NCBI GenBank assembly: GCA_964016885.1
Contig: OZ024740.1
Location: forward strand, 265,670,001-265,734,000
Source of the DNA: Eledone cirrhosa
Lineage: Eukaryota
Length of the DNA: 64,000 bases
Direction of reading: 5' to 3'
Positions 28,591 to 42,670 of this stretch are shown here, piece after piece. Positions within the stretch are counted from its first letter, which is position 1, and each line of letters begins with the position of its first letter. The notes under the pieces are model-generated. The model was not told where the DNA came from and searched no databases. It saw only the letters and a list, made by a program, of their open reading frames with translations. The position numbers were made by a program, and so were the translations under genes.

Positions 28591-31500
28591 ACTTCACCCA
28601 GGCAGGGGATTTCCCCCACCTCAAAATGATTAAGGCCCCAAAGGACACTTATAAAACTCTAAAAGACAACTTTAAAGAGGACGTGCCCCCCCCCCCCCCC
28701 GTCCCCCCTACGTCGGGCCCATTAACCGCTTCCTCCTAAAAAAACTACCCCACCCCCTCCCCAAACACCCACACAACTCCAAACACCCCAACCATACAAC
28801 ACGCTGATGCCCCTACACTTCCACAAACCACCACCCCACCCAACAACCCATCCCCCACCCTCATGGAAATTGTGCAGCCCGATACCCGGGACGCAGAGAG
28901 GTAAATGCCTTTTCTCTTCACCACCAACATGGCTATGCTAAGAGTAGGCTGTTTAAATGCGCGTGGCCTGGGCTCAACTTGGAAGCAAGCAATGCTTCTA
29001 AATGACCTCAGGTCACAACGTATAGATGTGATGGTTATTTGCGAGGTCCGGATCAGCAACGTGCGCCAGCTGGCCCCCACCTTTGATGACTTTGAGATGC
29101 ACGCATCTCTCTGTCAACCCGGAGGTGGGGGTGGGGTTGTCGTTCTGCTGCAAAAACATCTGGGTCTCGCAACACAGACGGTACATTTGGACCCGGAGGG
29201 TCGACTAGTGGTCCTGGCCCTTTCGGGTCAATGCGGCCGGACTTCTTCCATCGTCTGGAGACTTTTCTAGGGACGTCACGCTCCTTGCTATTAGTGGGGG
29301 ACTGGAATGGTATCCTAGATGCACGCTGGGACTACGTAGGGGCCTGTCCTGATAGAGAGGGGTGTAATAGCCTCAAAGGGTTAATCGGTCGATTTGACCT
29401 GGCCGATAGATATCGACTAGATTTTCCGACTGCGCCAACCTGGACTTGGGCAAATCGTAGCGGATCATCTAGGTCGTACCTAGATAGGTTCTTAGTTAGA
29501 AATAAGGATAAGCACTTTTTAAGTTGTCCAAAAATGAGCATGGTTGGCTATTTAGACCACAAGTTAGTGAGCTGCATAGTCAACCTTTACAGAACGCATA
29601 GACAGGGACCCGGTTACTGGAAGCTCACCTTGGCCTTACCGACAAGTAAGGCTTACAGGGACCGGATTAGCACTTTAGTTAAGGAGCGGTTGATGGGGGC
29701 CATCGTCAACAGCAGGCGGTGGGGATCTCTCAAAAGAGAGATTAGAGTAGTCTCTATAGAATTTAGTAAGGAGTTAGCCTCAAATAGAAATAGGAAGGAA
29801 AGAGAGCTGATAGATAGCGTAGAAGAGGCAATTAGAAGCGGCGGCGTGGCCAGAATGCTAGCGTCGAGAACGGCCCTGGGCCAGTTCTTCGACGCGAAAC
29901 TAGAAGGCTGCATCGTCCGAAGCAAAATACGTGCTCTGGGAAACGAGGGGACCAAAGCTGTTAGCTGGGCCCGCGTGACAGATGCCAAACGAGGGAGCAG
30001 ATCCACTATCCGGTCTTTGCGAGACCAGGATGGACGAGTGATCCTTGAACCTAAGCAGATGTGCGAGGCTTTTCAAAAGCACTTTGTCGGATTGTTCGGA
30101 AGGGGCGGGGAGCCGGTTGGGGATGTGGACTTCGGTCGATACCTCGATGGCCTGCCGCGTCTCTCGGGCAGGGAGACGAAGTCTTGCGAGGAGCGGATTT
30201 CAGCCGCTGAGATAGAGCACGTGCTAAGTCAATGCGGCAAACGCAAATCCCCGGGTCTCGATGGTCTTCCATACGAACTGTATCTAGCTATGCCGGACTT
30301 GTTCCCCGATCTCCTCGAGGCGGTCTACTGCAACTGGCAACAGAACGGGAAAATTCCCTGTGCTGTGACTAAGGGCGTAGTCACGCTAGTGAGGAAGGAC
30401 GAGAACAAGGGGGACGATATAAATAATTTCAGGCCCATAACTCTGCTAAATACTGAGTTACAGATTTTGGCCAAGGTGCTAGCAAAGAGGTTGGCGCTTG
30501 TCGTGGGCAACCTGGTGGGAGATTGGCAGACATGTGCTATCCCGTCCAGGTCCATCCACGACAATCTCCACCTCATGCGATACATCATAGAGAGGGTTGG
30601 GAACGAAGCCGGCTTTGGTGGGGCCCTGATCAACTTGGATCAATCTAAGGCGTTCGATAGGGTCGACCATGGTTACCTGGATGCGGTGCTAGCGGCGGCA
30701 GGCTTCGGACCCGTTTTCAGGGGCTGGATCAATGCCATGCACAGCAGCCGCATCTGCTCAAGGTTCAAGGTGAACGGCTACCTCTCGGAGCCGTTCGAAA
30801 TCGCGCGGTCCATCCGACAAGGGTGCCCTCTCTCCTCCCTTCTGTATGGGATGACTCTAGAGCCACTGCTGCGGAAGTTGGAGTTGTTGCAGGGCATCCC
30901 GTTGGAACCGGGATTGAGGAAAGCGGTGTCGGCCTACGCCGACGACGTAACAGTAATGTTGCCGACGGCCTCGGATATCGCGGCGGTCGGCACCTTACTG
31001 GAGGAGTACGAAATGTTTACAGGGGCTAAGCTGAACCGGGACAAGTCGATCGGTCTGCAACTCGGCACGTGGAGGGGCAGATCGATGCCATCCGATGGCG
31101 TCGTCGGGCGCTGGACGGAGGGCCCGGTGAAGTTGCTCGGGATCTGGTTCGGACCAGACCTCCAGGTGGAGAAGAACTGGGCCGAGTGCAAACTGTCCCT
31201 GAAAGGTCGGGCGGAGGTGGCGAACACTTATATAGCGTCCGTCATCTACTACCGCCTGACCGTTGTGCCTTGCCCAAGGGAAACGCTCGCCAAAATGGAG
31301 CGCGCACTCTTCCAATTCCTTTGGAAGAAGCGGGCTCCTATGGTGAGGAGATCCATCTGCTGTCAACACCATTCGAAAGGAGGGCTGGGGACGCCGTGGC
31401 TAATGATACGTAAACACGCATTAAGGCTACGGCACCTCCAGGTATTCCTCACCGGTCAACCGGTGTGGGCCCCGTTTGTGAGGCGAGCTTTCCCAGACTC

Positions 31501-32538
31501 GTCTCACTCACCGAGCTGCAATCCTGGGTCAAGCAAAGACCGAGAAAACTGGGCGCCTGGCACACCGAGTGTGCCCAGGCGCTCACCGCTCTCTGGCAGG
31601 CGGACCCGGCTGTCAGTGGAGAATCCACCTCGTCATTCTATAGAGGGCTGGTGGTTAGCAGGTGCGACGACGCCCTCGGAGAAGCCCTGGGCATGGAGGA
31701 AGACGAACTGGCCAACATGTTCGGTAGGACATTCAGCCCGGGACACATGGATAACTTCCAGAGGTCCCTGGCCTGGCAGTGCTACAGAAGGGCTCTGCCC
31801 GTTCGAGAAAGACTCTACAGACACGGGCGCCCGGGTAGGGACCCTTCGAAAAAGATCTGTCCCAGATGAGTGTGCGACGAGGAAACCGTTGCACACGCAT
31901 TGGTACACTGCTCGGGCATTGCCGATCTGTGGGGCTATGTCGAACAACTGTTGTCACGGGTGGGACCGATCCGGTTGACCACCGAGTCTATTGTAACGAT
32001 CAAGCCGCCTCCCCCTTCAAAAACGAAGGAGAGGCGGTGTTTCTGTGCGTAATAGCCATGGCGAAAGAGGTTGTATGGTGGACGCGTCTGAAAGGGCTGA
32101 GGTCAGACACCTTTCTCTCTGGCCAACAACTGGTCCGTTTCTTCTGATATCATTTCGGAAGAAGGATCAGGATGGAGAGAGAGGTGCTGCACCCCAGCCG
32201 TTTTTATGAAAGATGGGTGAAAGTGGCGAGAATGGCCCGTGTGAATGGGCCTTCACTCTATATCAGACTATAGGTGAGGAAGATGAAAGACCAAGGGAGC
32301 ACCCCCTCTCTGTGCTCCTGAGGAGAAGGGTTGCACACTTTTTTTCGGGGGTGTGTGCGACCCCCCAAGGCGCCTCCTCTCTATTGAGGATTTTGTTATA
32401 AATTTTATTTTGTTATATTTTATTTTATCTTTATATTTTGTTATTGCCTCCTCCTTATAGAGGACGCCTTGTTATGTAAACTCCCCCCATTGTACTTGTC
32501 CCACTTTTTGATGCCCTGATGGCAAATAAAAAGAAAAT
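28591..32538 (+). mobile_element. L1-Tx1-like LINE, 5'-truncated in ORF1, inserted in (TATC)n
   Basis: Putative ORF1 tail, ORF2, and a 3' UTR ending gccctgatggcaaataaaaagaaaat. tctatctatc repeats lie on both flanks. Confidence 0.9.
28929..32273 (+). pseudogene. Tx1-like ORF2 (APE endonuclease, RT, zf-RVT) with small deletions and frameshifts
   Basis: LRVGCLNARGL, VGDWN, SYLDRFLV, DHKLV, GPGYWKL, KSPGLDGLPYE, NFRPITLLN, LDQSKAFDRVDH, RQGCPLS, YADDV and CPR..ETVAHALVHC. Breaks near 29231, 31495, 31868 and 32020. Confidence 0.92.
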
Positions 32539-32551
32539 TATCTATCTATCA

Positions 32552-32602
<51 letters not shown>

Positions 32603-32794
32603 TAGATATTTATATAGATAGATATAGATATATATATACATATTTATATATATAGATATATAGATATATATGATTTTATACTCAGCTCTGTAAGAGCATC
32701 GAGTGCTGAAACGGCATACCGCTTACGGACGCTTTAAGCATCCCACACCAATTATCTTGCTCCTTCCTAAGTTGAGCGCTTGCAGCGAATCGCC

Positions 32795-35610
32795 ATGGAA
32801 AAATTCCAGTATTCTTCCTCATCCAAAGACATCCCAATATCTTTGGACAACACCTACCTACGCCTACTCATCCATTATACCAACTCTTTTGTTAGGCGCA
32901 TGAGATGGCGCGCCTTCCACTACGACAACGGGAACGCACAACAGAAACAGGACGTCACCCACGACTGCCTGAAGCGGATATTCAAGTCCAGACGACATCC
33001 CCCGCACACTGGAAGAGTTTGTGAACCGCTTAGTCAACATGGTAAGGAACATCAAATTCAGAAGTCATGCAGTGCGTGGAAACGAGTACCTCAGGAGCTC
33101 AGCTCCAAGATTAAAAGCATGGAGAGTTGCCCGGACTTGTATCTTTAGATAAAACGGGTAACATTTACAGGATGGACCTCAGAACATATGGAAAATGCGC
33201 TGAGAAAGAGATTAGGAAAAATTATAGGACAACCTTGATAGAATCAACAACACGACCAAATTATTAATGACGGGACTAGAAGTAGCAGACAGGACAGAAC
33301 AGTATATACCTAGAAAATCGCGGATTTCTATCAAGGATCATAAATTAGACTTTAGAACAAACCTCCCGGTTAGACTAATAGCAACATCCAAGTCGGACTT
33401 AGGTAGGGCCAGTAAGAATATAATAGATAGGATCCTGCCTACGCTTATGAATAGAACTAGACTTAGCCTATGGACTTCCACTAAGGAGGTAATCGACTGG
33501 TTCACAGCACTGCCTACCAAACACCAAATGGACTTCCTTCAGCTGGACATTGCCAATTACTACGCTTCCATTTCACTGGTAATTGTGAACAAGGCCCTCA
33601 TGAGCGCTCTGGCCAGATCCAACCTCACTAGACGAGAAGTGGACATCATTATAGCCGCGAGAAACACGCTAATTTGGTTTGACGGTAGATTATGGGAAAG
33701 AAGAGACAGACCCGACAGTTTCGACATTACTATGAGGTCGAGCGACTCCGCACATGTGACAGTCCTGGTGGGAATCTACCTACTCCATAGGTTAGCAGAA
33801 GAGATTCCAGGGATAGGCGGGGGGATATATAGAGAGGACGTCTATTTACCTTCCGCTCACTAAACTCTATCCAGCTGGAGCGCATACGGAAGCGTATCTC
33901 ATATATTTTTAAACAGCACCGCGTATCTGTGATAATAGAAACTAGCATCAAAACGGTAAACTTCCTAGACGTATACTTAAAACTGGATACAGGCCCATAC
34001 CGACCGTATCACAAGCCCAACGAGAACCTGCAATACGTAAACAGGCACTCAAACCACACCAAGTCGGTTATAGACGCTATAGTCAAGGGGGTATCCAACC
34101 GCGTATCCACATTGTCCGCCAACGCGGATGTGTTCAACCAACACGCCGACTACTACAACGTGGCACTGGGCAGGGCCAGTTACACAGAAGGCATAGTCGA
34201 CACCACGGGCAAGGGCAGGCCGCATGACGAGAAACGCAAACACACGGATACCATTAGCACTAACATAGACAGACAAAATACCCGGGAGAACACACCTAAC
34301 GACATGGATAGGAGTAAAACGTACGACAAGAAATACACCAAGACGCATAGACAGAAGAGGACGCAAGGAAGCCCCAGGGAGCGCAACACATGTAAACTGA
34401 ACCGTAACAACAGCACAGACCACGACGGGGAAACCAAAGATAGTGAAGTAACTAACGCAGCACGGGACATAGAACAAGCTAGATATAACACCAGGATAAA
34501 GAATACTAACACTGATACGACGGGATACTCGGGTAGCTGGACGGGGATGAAAACTAGGGCTAGTAAACGTTTCCGGAACAACATAGTATGCGAATGCCTC
34601 TCTCTCGACATAAATAGTAGTTCTAAGCATAGAGATAAGATGGGGGATCAAATAGGAATAGAGCGCAACCCGAGAAGAGAACACGACACTGCAAACATTA
34701 CAAGTAGCAGACGACGAAATAAGAATTGGTCTAGAAACATAACATGGTTCAATGCACCATACTCGAAGCATGTATGCACTAACGTACCAGGCCTCTTCTT
34801 CAGGGCATAGGATGAGTGTTTCCCGGCATCCCACATGTACCACAAAATATTAAACCCCCACACCGTGAAGTTCTCCTTTTCCACGGCACCCAACATGGCA
34901 GACTACATGGCCAAGGCCAACGCTATGAAAATGAGGGCACCCCACCACAAACTTTACTGGCCTTAGGCACAACGTGGTGGGGAGAGCCGAGGGAACCACA
35001 TGGGGAAGTGCTAGTGGTTCTGGAGATGTGCCAGTGGCGGAGCTGTGGACGTGAAGGACACAACGCCTGACAAAAGAGACCAGCAGGTGGTGAACAATGA
35101 GTCCACCATCCTGCCGGAACACTACATGAGGACCGGGAAGAACCCAAATAAGACGCCAGGCCTACATAAAGGGAATTACAAAAGTTACGCACAGACATGC
35201 AACTGCCGTGTAGGTGAACAGTGCCCTCTGCGGGGAATGTGCCTGACAAAGGGCGTTGTTTACAGGTGTGTGGTTACCACGCAAAATGATAGGTACACCT
35301 ACATCGGGGCAACATCCACGACTTTTAAGTCGAGGATCTACAATCACAAGAACTCGTTCAAAGACAGGAACAAGAGATACTCTACCAGATTGGCGGACCT
35401 AATATGGGGACTCAAAGACAGTGGCACGGAGTTTGAGCTCGGCTGGAGTATTGTCCAGCGCGCGAATGCGTACTCGCCTGGCGAGACAAGATGCAAGTAG
35501 TGCCTGTCCGAGGCTATGGAGATAGTCAAAAGAGCGACTCAGACAACCTCAGATCTGAAATCATCATGGCCTGCAAACACCAACGTAAATGCACGCTATC
35601 CGCTTTAGTG
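32795..35610 (+). pseudogene. Naiad-type RT + GIY-YIG ORF, several stops and frameshifts
   Basis: MEKFQYSSSSKDIPI..RRMRWRAFHY, KDHK..RLIATSKSDLG, FDITMRSSDSA..VGIY, NFLDV, RNITWFNAPYS, CNCR..CPLRGMC..VVYRC..YIGAT..FKSRIYNH and CKH. Confidence 0.9.
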
Positions 35611-37357
35611 ATACCGGATGAATCTATCTATGGCCCTACCCGTAAGAAAATCCCAAGTGGAGCGCATGCAGCGGACCACGATATGCCACAACATCCCTAC
35701 GCATCCCAGGCGAAACAAGCTGATATCAACGGCAGATCCAACCTCATGTGTGGTTTTGTGTTTGAATTTGAATTTGTGATTTTTAATTCTTAATCTTCGA
35801 TTTTTAATTTTCGAGTCTTGATGTTTAATTTGCAACTTTGATGTTAGTCTTGAGCTGGACTTAGGTTTAATGTTGCAAATAACTCTAACTTTGCCTGCCG
35901 CTGCTATATACATGCCTACAACACAAGCCGTGGATATATTCCACTTATGCATCTATTCCATGTACATTTCATATAGACTGTTATGAAACACATATTCTAT
36001 ACATTCCTGATATATTCCATAGATGCATACATTCCATGTGTATCTCATACAAAATAGTATGAAAACAATATTCTAAACATTCATATATAACTTAATTGTG
36101 TACACACACACATGCACACGGTCCCTTGTGTCCACCCGATATGAAACATGTCTGATGTGCATGGTTGATGTGCAGGTTCGAACCCAGTCCTCTGGATAGT
36201 CAGTCCTGTATTTTATATAACCCTATGCATCACAGTCCTCAAGTATTTTATTTCATATTATTTTATTTTATTTTATTTTATTTGATGTACGTGCACACAT
36301 TTTTTATATATGTGCCCCCACGTTATATGTGACAAATACATGGCTAATACGTAGATACTGCATTTATGCATATTATGTGTGCACTTTCGGCCTAATATGG
36401 GTTGAGTCCTAGCCTCAAGAACGTTGTGTCATATAATATTGTATGCGCCATGTGCACAGTTGCGTGTGTGTGTGTGTGTGTGGATGTGTGGGTATTCCTC
36501 AAGTATAGGCACTTTTTTGAGACGTATGGACATGCCCATGTGCATGCCCATGCGTGGGCACACGTATGCATGTGTGTGCATGCATGCACGCATACATGTC
36601 TGTGTAGGTCTATGCATATCTATGTGTAGATTCTCAATTTTTTCATCTGTATATGCGCCAGCGTCTTAAGTATATATGATTCACTAAGTACAGTGTGTGG
36701 GTGTGCGTGTGCTTCTCAAAAATACCTTTGAAATAACTTTTTTGAAGGGCTCTTCCAAGCATCTTTTTAAAGACATTCTTTTTATAGGGTTTTTATAGGG
36801 TTTTCTTTTAGAAATGCGGGTTTTTTAAAGTATTCTGAGGGTGTTATTTTATGAAACGCCTTTTGAAATGTTTTTTTTTATGCTTTTTAAATGTTTTGTT
36901 TTTTTTTATGTTTTGTTACATGTTTTTTTAAATGCTTTTTCTTTCTAAGTATTCGATACACATTTAATATTTAATATTTACTGTGATTGTCTCATATGAG
37001 AGAGTTGCGGGTGTGCATCTGATTGGTGTTGGTGTATGAGTGCCCATATCTAACATGCCTGTGCGATACATGGACATGGGTGTGAGAGCCTACAGGCCGA
37101 CGGGGCAGCGTCAAGACGCGACCGGTTCAATCATACAACTCCTTACCCACTACAGTAGTAATCCCGATATAAGAATCAACTGTGATTGACATGTGGCAAT
37201 TGAAAGGAATCAGATATACGATGGCCCTGAGTGGCCAAAAATACCGACGACGTGTACAATTCTTGACCACTCATAGAATGAATACAACAGGATCTATGCT
37301 GCCGAGCGAAGGAAGCGTCTGTAACTGGACATGTGGAAACTCTGCTTCGTAAAATCG

Positions 37358-37454
37358 AGACATATCTGAGGATCTTGCGATTTCAGAGTCAGGTTTGGTC
37401 ATTGCATCGATGGTGCTTCGAGCTAGTCGCCAGAGAAACGATTGTAATATGTCT
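37358..37454 (+). ncRNA. Type I hammerhead ribozyme with ~62-nt stem II
   Basis: agacatat-CTGAGGA-tcttgcga...tcgccaga-GAAA-cgattg-TA-atatgtct. Perfect 8-bp stem I; AATAAA immediately follows. Confidence 0.85.
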
Positions 37455-37507
37455 AATAAATCTTATTCGTTGCACCACTCATCCTCCGTTTCTTATATGA
37501 TATATTT

Positions 37508-37578
<71 letters not shown>

Positions 37579-37704
37579 GTAGGAGGTGAGTTTTATTGTA
37601 GTACAATAAAACAATGCAGATATCGGATAAGTAGCACTCTACAGTGTGTAGGACTGGAGTATAAATAATATATAAGATCAAAAGATGGTTAAAAGAGTTC
37701 CATG

Positions 37705-37775
37705 TATTTTATTATGCGCATTTCAAAAACAAATATCATCATGCGATGACATTTGCGTTTTCGTCAGATAAAATA
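37705..37775 (-). ncRNA. Type I hammerhead ribozyme
   Basis: Reverse-complement copy of 39911-39981; core intact. Confidence 0.85.
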
Positions 37776-39910
37776 GGGAGACATGATATGAAGGTTAAAA
37801 AACACTTGTGAATAGTGCAGTTTTAAATCAACATATGAAAAGTAGTTTTAGATTGATGTGTCATATTGGGGAAAAAATTGAGGGGGAGTGTGGGAAAGGA
37901 TGAAAAGGAGGAGGAGATGAGAGTAAAGAATGGAGGGGGAGGAGTATAATAAGGAAGGATGAGATAGGAGGAGAGATGGGTGATAGAGAGAGAGATATAG
38001 CTTTTATAACTGAGAAAAATATATTGTTTTACAGAGAGAGGTTAAAAAAGATAATATATAAATTAAAAGAATTTGAAAATTAATGAAGAGAAAAATTTAA
38101 GAATAATGTTAAATTAAGGTTTGTATATTGAAGGGTTTAATAATATGTGCGATGAAAAGAAATTGTTAATATGTATTATTTAAAAAAATATAAAAATAGT
38201 AATGTAATTAAGGATATATTGTGAAAAGAAGTAGAAGAGTGGATGAATATGTGTAATATGTAGAAGTTAGATGAGCATGAAAGGGAGAAAAATATAATGA
38301 ATTGAGGATGAATAATCTAACGTCAAAAAAAATGTTTATGTTTACGAAGGATTTTTCAAGGTGATACTATAAAGTATTTATAAGGGTAATAGTAAATTTT
38401 ATGGCCAGTGATATGATGGAAGAAGGAAGAGTGGATATATTGTGGTGAGTAATAATGAGAATTGAGAAGTATCTAGGAAGAAAAGGTACAGATTAGAGGT
38501 TAGAAATTAAAAGAAAAAAGGAAGAAAGGGATGTGATAAATAGGAGTGATATAGAATGAGTAACTAGTATTATATAATTTATAATAAATAACATTGAAAT
38601 AAGGTAGAAAGATGGGTATATTTTAAAAGAAATATATATCTATGCCTTTGAGAAAAAGGATTTTAAATTGGTAAAGTATTAGATATTAGATGTATACTTT
38701 ATGGAATGTTCTGTGGAATTTATGCAAGCAGAGAGAAAACAAGTCAGTGCGTCTATTTATTATAGAATCTAAATTAGATATAATGGTAAATTTCTCACAT
38801 AAACATAGATTACATGACTTGGATAGAGAAGAATTCAAGTATGGAGGAGCAGAACAAACCTTCCTCCAAGAGATGTTAGAGTTAATATTTTTGTCTTCCA
38901 AGGACCATGTGAGTTCTGAGAGTGCCGTGTTGGTTCTTTTAAGTTGGTATTTAAAAGACGAATGATGATTATAAAACGAGATTTAAAGGAGGTGGAAGTT
39001 GAGCCAAAATAGTTAAAGGAATTGGTGTCAGTTATAACTTTACATTCATAGATTAAGATTTTTTCAAGACAATGGTTGTTGAGAGGACATTTATTTTTAA
39101 CAGGCAATTACAATTGCGATTAGAGAAATTAACAGAGTTATTAACAAGTGACCTAGTGTTATCTATAGAAGGAATTGGATTGGAGAAGTTATTTACGATA
39201 GGAATAATAGTTTCTTGATTTAGATTGGGATTAAGAACATTTAACGAAGTTGCGTTTGACGTTGTATTTGGATTTGCTGAAATTAGCCTCGAGTTAACAA
39301 TGACGTCAACAGTACTATTACAATTATTATGATATTCATTGTTGGAAGGAAGAGATTTAGTATTTTATTGTTGTGTTTAAAGATAATGTTGGAGATGTTG
39401 GAGGAGGTCGAATAGGAAAATTTTATAGTGTGTTTGTTAAATATTTTACTATAGATATGTGAGGGGGAGAAGCATTTATTTAAGGCACTAAAGAATAATT
39501 TAGGCATATTATTATTAATAGAGATGGAGAAAGGAAAATTATACCAGATTATGTTTTTGTATCTAGGTCTTTTATTAAAGTTATTGGAATGATCATGATT
39601 AATTATTCTACTGTAAGATCTTCTAGAATTTGTTTCTTTACTATATTTGATTTTATCAGGATGACCGGCTTTGTAAAACAATATATTTTTCTCAGTTATA
39701 AAAGCTATATCTCTCTCCTCCTATCTCATCCTTCCTTATTATACTCCTCCCCCTCCATTCTTTACTCTCATCTCATCCTCTTTTTCACCCTTTCCAACAT
39801 CCACCTCAATTTTTTCCCAATATCACACACCAATCTAAAACTACTTTTCATATGTTGATTTAAAACTGCACTATTCATAAGTGTTTTTTAACTTTCATAT
39901 CATGTCTCCC

Positions 39911-39981
39911 TATTTTATCTGACGAAAACGCAAATGTCATCGCGTGATGATATTTGTTTTTGAAATGCGCATAATAAAATA
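39911..39981 (+). ncRNA. Type I hammerhead ribozyme
   Basis: tattttat-CTGACGA-36-nt hairpin-GAAA-tgcgca-TA-ataaaata. Palindromic stem III, perfect stem I. Confidence 0.88.
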
Positions 39982-40011
39982 CATGGAACTCTTTTAACCA
40001 TCTTTTGATCA

Positions 40012-40242
<231 letters not shown>

Positions 40243-40442
40243 CATATATAAGGAAGAGAACCAACGATTCCAAATTAAATCCATTTTTAATCTCTCCGAT
40301 TTATTCTGTGCAGGTGAAAATGTCATATTCATATGTAAGTAAACAACAAATCAATCAGAAGTGAAAGTGGAATGTTTCATTATAATCACTTACACACACG
40401 CACACATACAACACACACAAACACACACACTCACACACACAA

Positions 40443-40484
<42 letters not shown>

Positions 40485-40485
40485 G

Positions 40486-40517
<32 letters not shown>

Positions 40518-41169
40518 AAACGTACATTCATACATACACACGTACATTAAAGATATATTTACAATCTACGGGGTATATAAAATTGAAAGATGGCCCTACT
40601 AATCTCAATTAATAATATATTATTCATATATATATATGGGAGTGCATTTATATATGTAGGTTTAAGTACATATATATATATATATATGTATATATTATAT
40701 ATGTGTGTGTGTGTGTGTATGAGGGAGTGTGTGCGCATATATGTAGATATATATGTTTGGTTATATTTGGAGTTTAGCAATATATGTCCTGGTAAAGATT
40801 TCAGAAGCTCAATGCTAATCAGTATCCTTGGTTGATCGGAAAATCAAAAAGGCTGAATGACTTTTCAGCCTTTGTTGATTACGTTATAGCCTGTCATGTC
40901 ACAAACTGCAGAGCTCAAAATTTAAAAATTAAGAGTGAATAAAGAATTTCGACTCATAACCTCTGTTTACTCTACATATGTTCATGTATATCAGGTGGCC
41001 ATACCTCAATATATATTGGGCATTAGTCGCTGGACTACATAACTTCAGTAATACAAATATTGTCATAAGCATCAAGCCATACCGGAATTTAGTTTCCCAC
41101 GATTTAAAATGGAAGGGATTACATATAATTGCCGGCTCATGCAACAGAAATTAAGTATTTATGCTCGTA

Positions 41170-41374
41170 TGATGTGTGCTTGACAAAAACATCAAATTAG
41201 ATAAATTCCTAGCTCTCCTAGATTTTCACTCCTCTGTATGCAACAAATACGGACCGATATTCAATTGCGATACAATGAAAATAGGTTACTCGTGTACCAT
41301 GTATATATCACTGTTGTTACTAATTATACTTAACTCGTCATATGGACTGAGTGCCCTTATCCTTGTATATTTCT

Positions 41375-41465
<91 letters not shown>

Positions 41466-42600
41466 AATATACAAGGATAAGGGCACTCAGTCCATATGAC
41501 GAGTTAAGTATAATTAGTAACAACAGTGATATATACACTTACTTAACTTTCGTAGGGTTATACATCCCACCTCATTCACCCTCTTATATAGAAAGAAAAT
41601 GGCTACCTCCACCGATTGGAGGTTTTTTAGAAATTACGTGAGAGCTCTTCAAAAGCAGGTAATTTAGAATTTAGCTATAAATAAACAAAACTATTAAATA
41701 GTGTAAAGGAAGGTGACTATAAAAATCCACAAAGGTAGGGAACTTGTGCTAAGTTAGTAATTTGAAGGAACTTAATCCCTTGGAATTCAAATTAGTTACT
41801 CTGGTCTATGCCATTTTCTCAGAATGAATTTTGCTTCATGTATTCAGTAACTAAAGTGGTCATCGCGGGTATTTAAGGTGCAATTCTCCGAAGCTTGTTA
41901 TGAGAGTATATTCCACATTTCCGTGTTACATGGCCGGCAAAATTTCGTCCTATTAACATGGGGCAGCGTTTTCTAATATACTCCATTTAATGGGAATAGG
42001 TGTGCAGTTTTTTAAAAGTTTCCATATATGGTTTGGGAGCTGGGTGGCACGTCTTTTGTCAGGCTTTCGGACATTGTGACTATGTCCAGGCTTCAGTTTG
42101 GTGGTTCTGGTTGGTGCAGGTCACTTCTGATTGATATATCGCCACTGGAGTGTTGCACTGTTGATCTAGTGGGCATGTCTCTGACCTTCTGCATAAGCAT
42201 CCGTAAGATGGAGGACTTTTGCGTTTTCCGGTGTTGTGGGCTTTAATGTTATTGGTACACGAGTAACCTATTTTCATTGTATCGCAATTGAATATCGGTC
42301 CGTATTTGTTGCATACAGAGGAGTGAAAATACACTTCAGTATGCAGATTGGAGCACTCCACGAAGTATTCAGGTTGGTTTGTTTACTCCAGTTCCTCAGA
42401 GGAATAACAACGCAACGAGGAGCTGGACATATCGATGGATTGACGGAGTTCAACAACATGTGTACCTGTCTTTTTCCACACCAATTCGGACTGTCTGAAG
42501 AGGTCACAGCCAATGATGGCTGTCACCGAAATATATATAGCAGTATATCTATAATTTATAATAAACGAAGCCAAATTTTACATATTTGACTTAATTATTT
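41170..42600. mobile_element. Cluster of Naiad-type PLE fragments arranged tail-to-tail around (TA)n
   Basis: Minus ORF remnant IFNCDTMKIGYSCTNN..CLCRRSETCPLDQQC (42080-42361) and a plus copy at 41226-41297. Inverted tails at 41300-41386 and 41455-41537. Confidence 0.8.
42490..42544 (+). ncRNA. Type I hammerhead ribozyme
   Basis: actgt-CTGAAGA-ggtcacagcc aatgat ggctgtcacc-GAAA-tatata-TA-gcagt. Confidence 0.85.
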
Positions 42601-42604
42601 TATG

Positions 42605-42670
<66 letters not shown>

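Larger units (their letters stand above)
32680..37500 (+). mobile_element. Second Naiad-type PLE family, decayed, with a long 3' UTR ending in an HHR
   Basis: ORF remnants homologous to 25139-27404. HHR + AATAAA at 37358-37460. TA-rich microsatellite on both flanks. Confidence 0.88.

Noticed and set aside
29332-35529. Numerous antisense ORFs over the Tx1 and Naiad elements
   Set aside because: Shadows of GC-richer coding sequence with no recognisable motifs.
36170-36235. tRNA-like ggttcgaaccc, and tRNA-like heads of SINEs
   Set aside because: No cloverleaf can be folded; these are box B-like or SINE sequences, not tRNA genes.
41844-41846. In-frame TGA at the conserved Cys of the C-x-H motif (possible selenocysteine, known in some Naiads)
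   Set aside because: The copy is heavily decayed, I see no SECIS-like AUGA/AA/GA hairpin downstream, and the other Naiads here use TGY at the zinc-finger Cys positions I checked.
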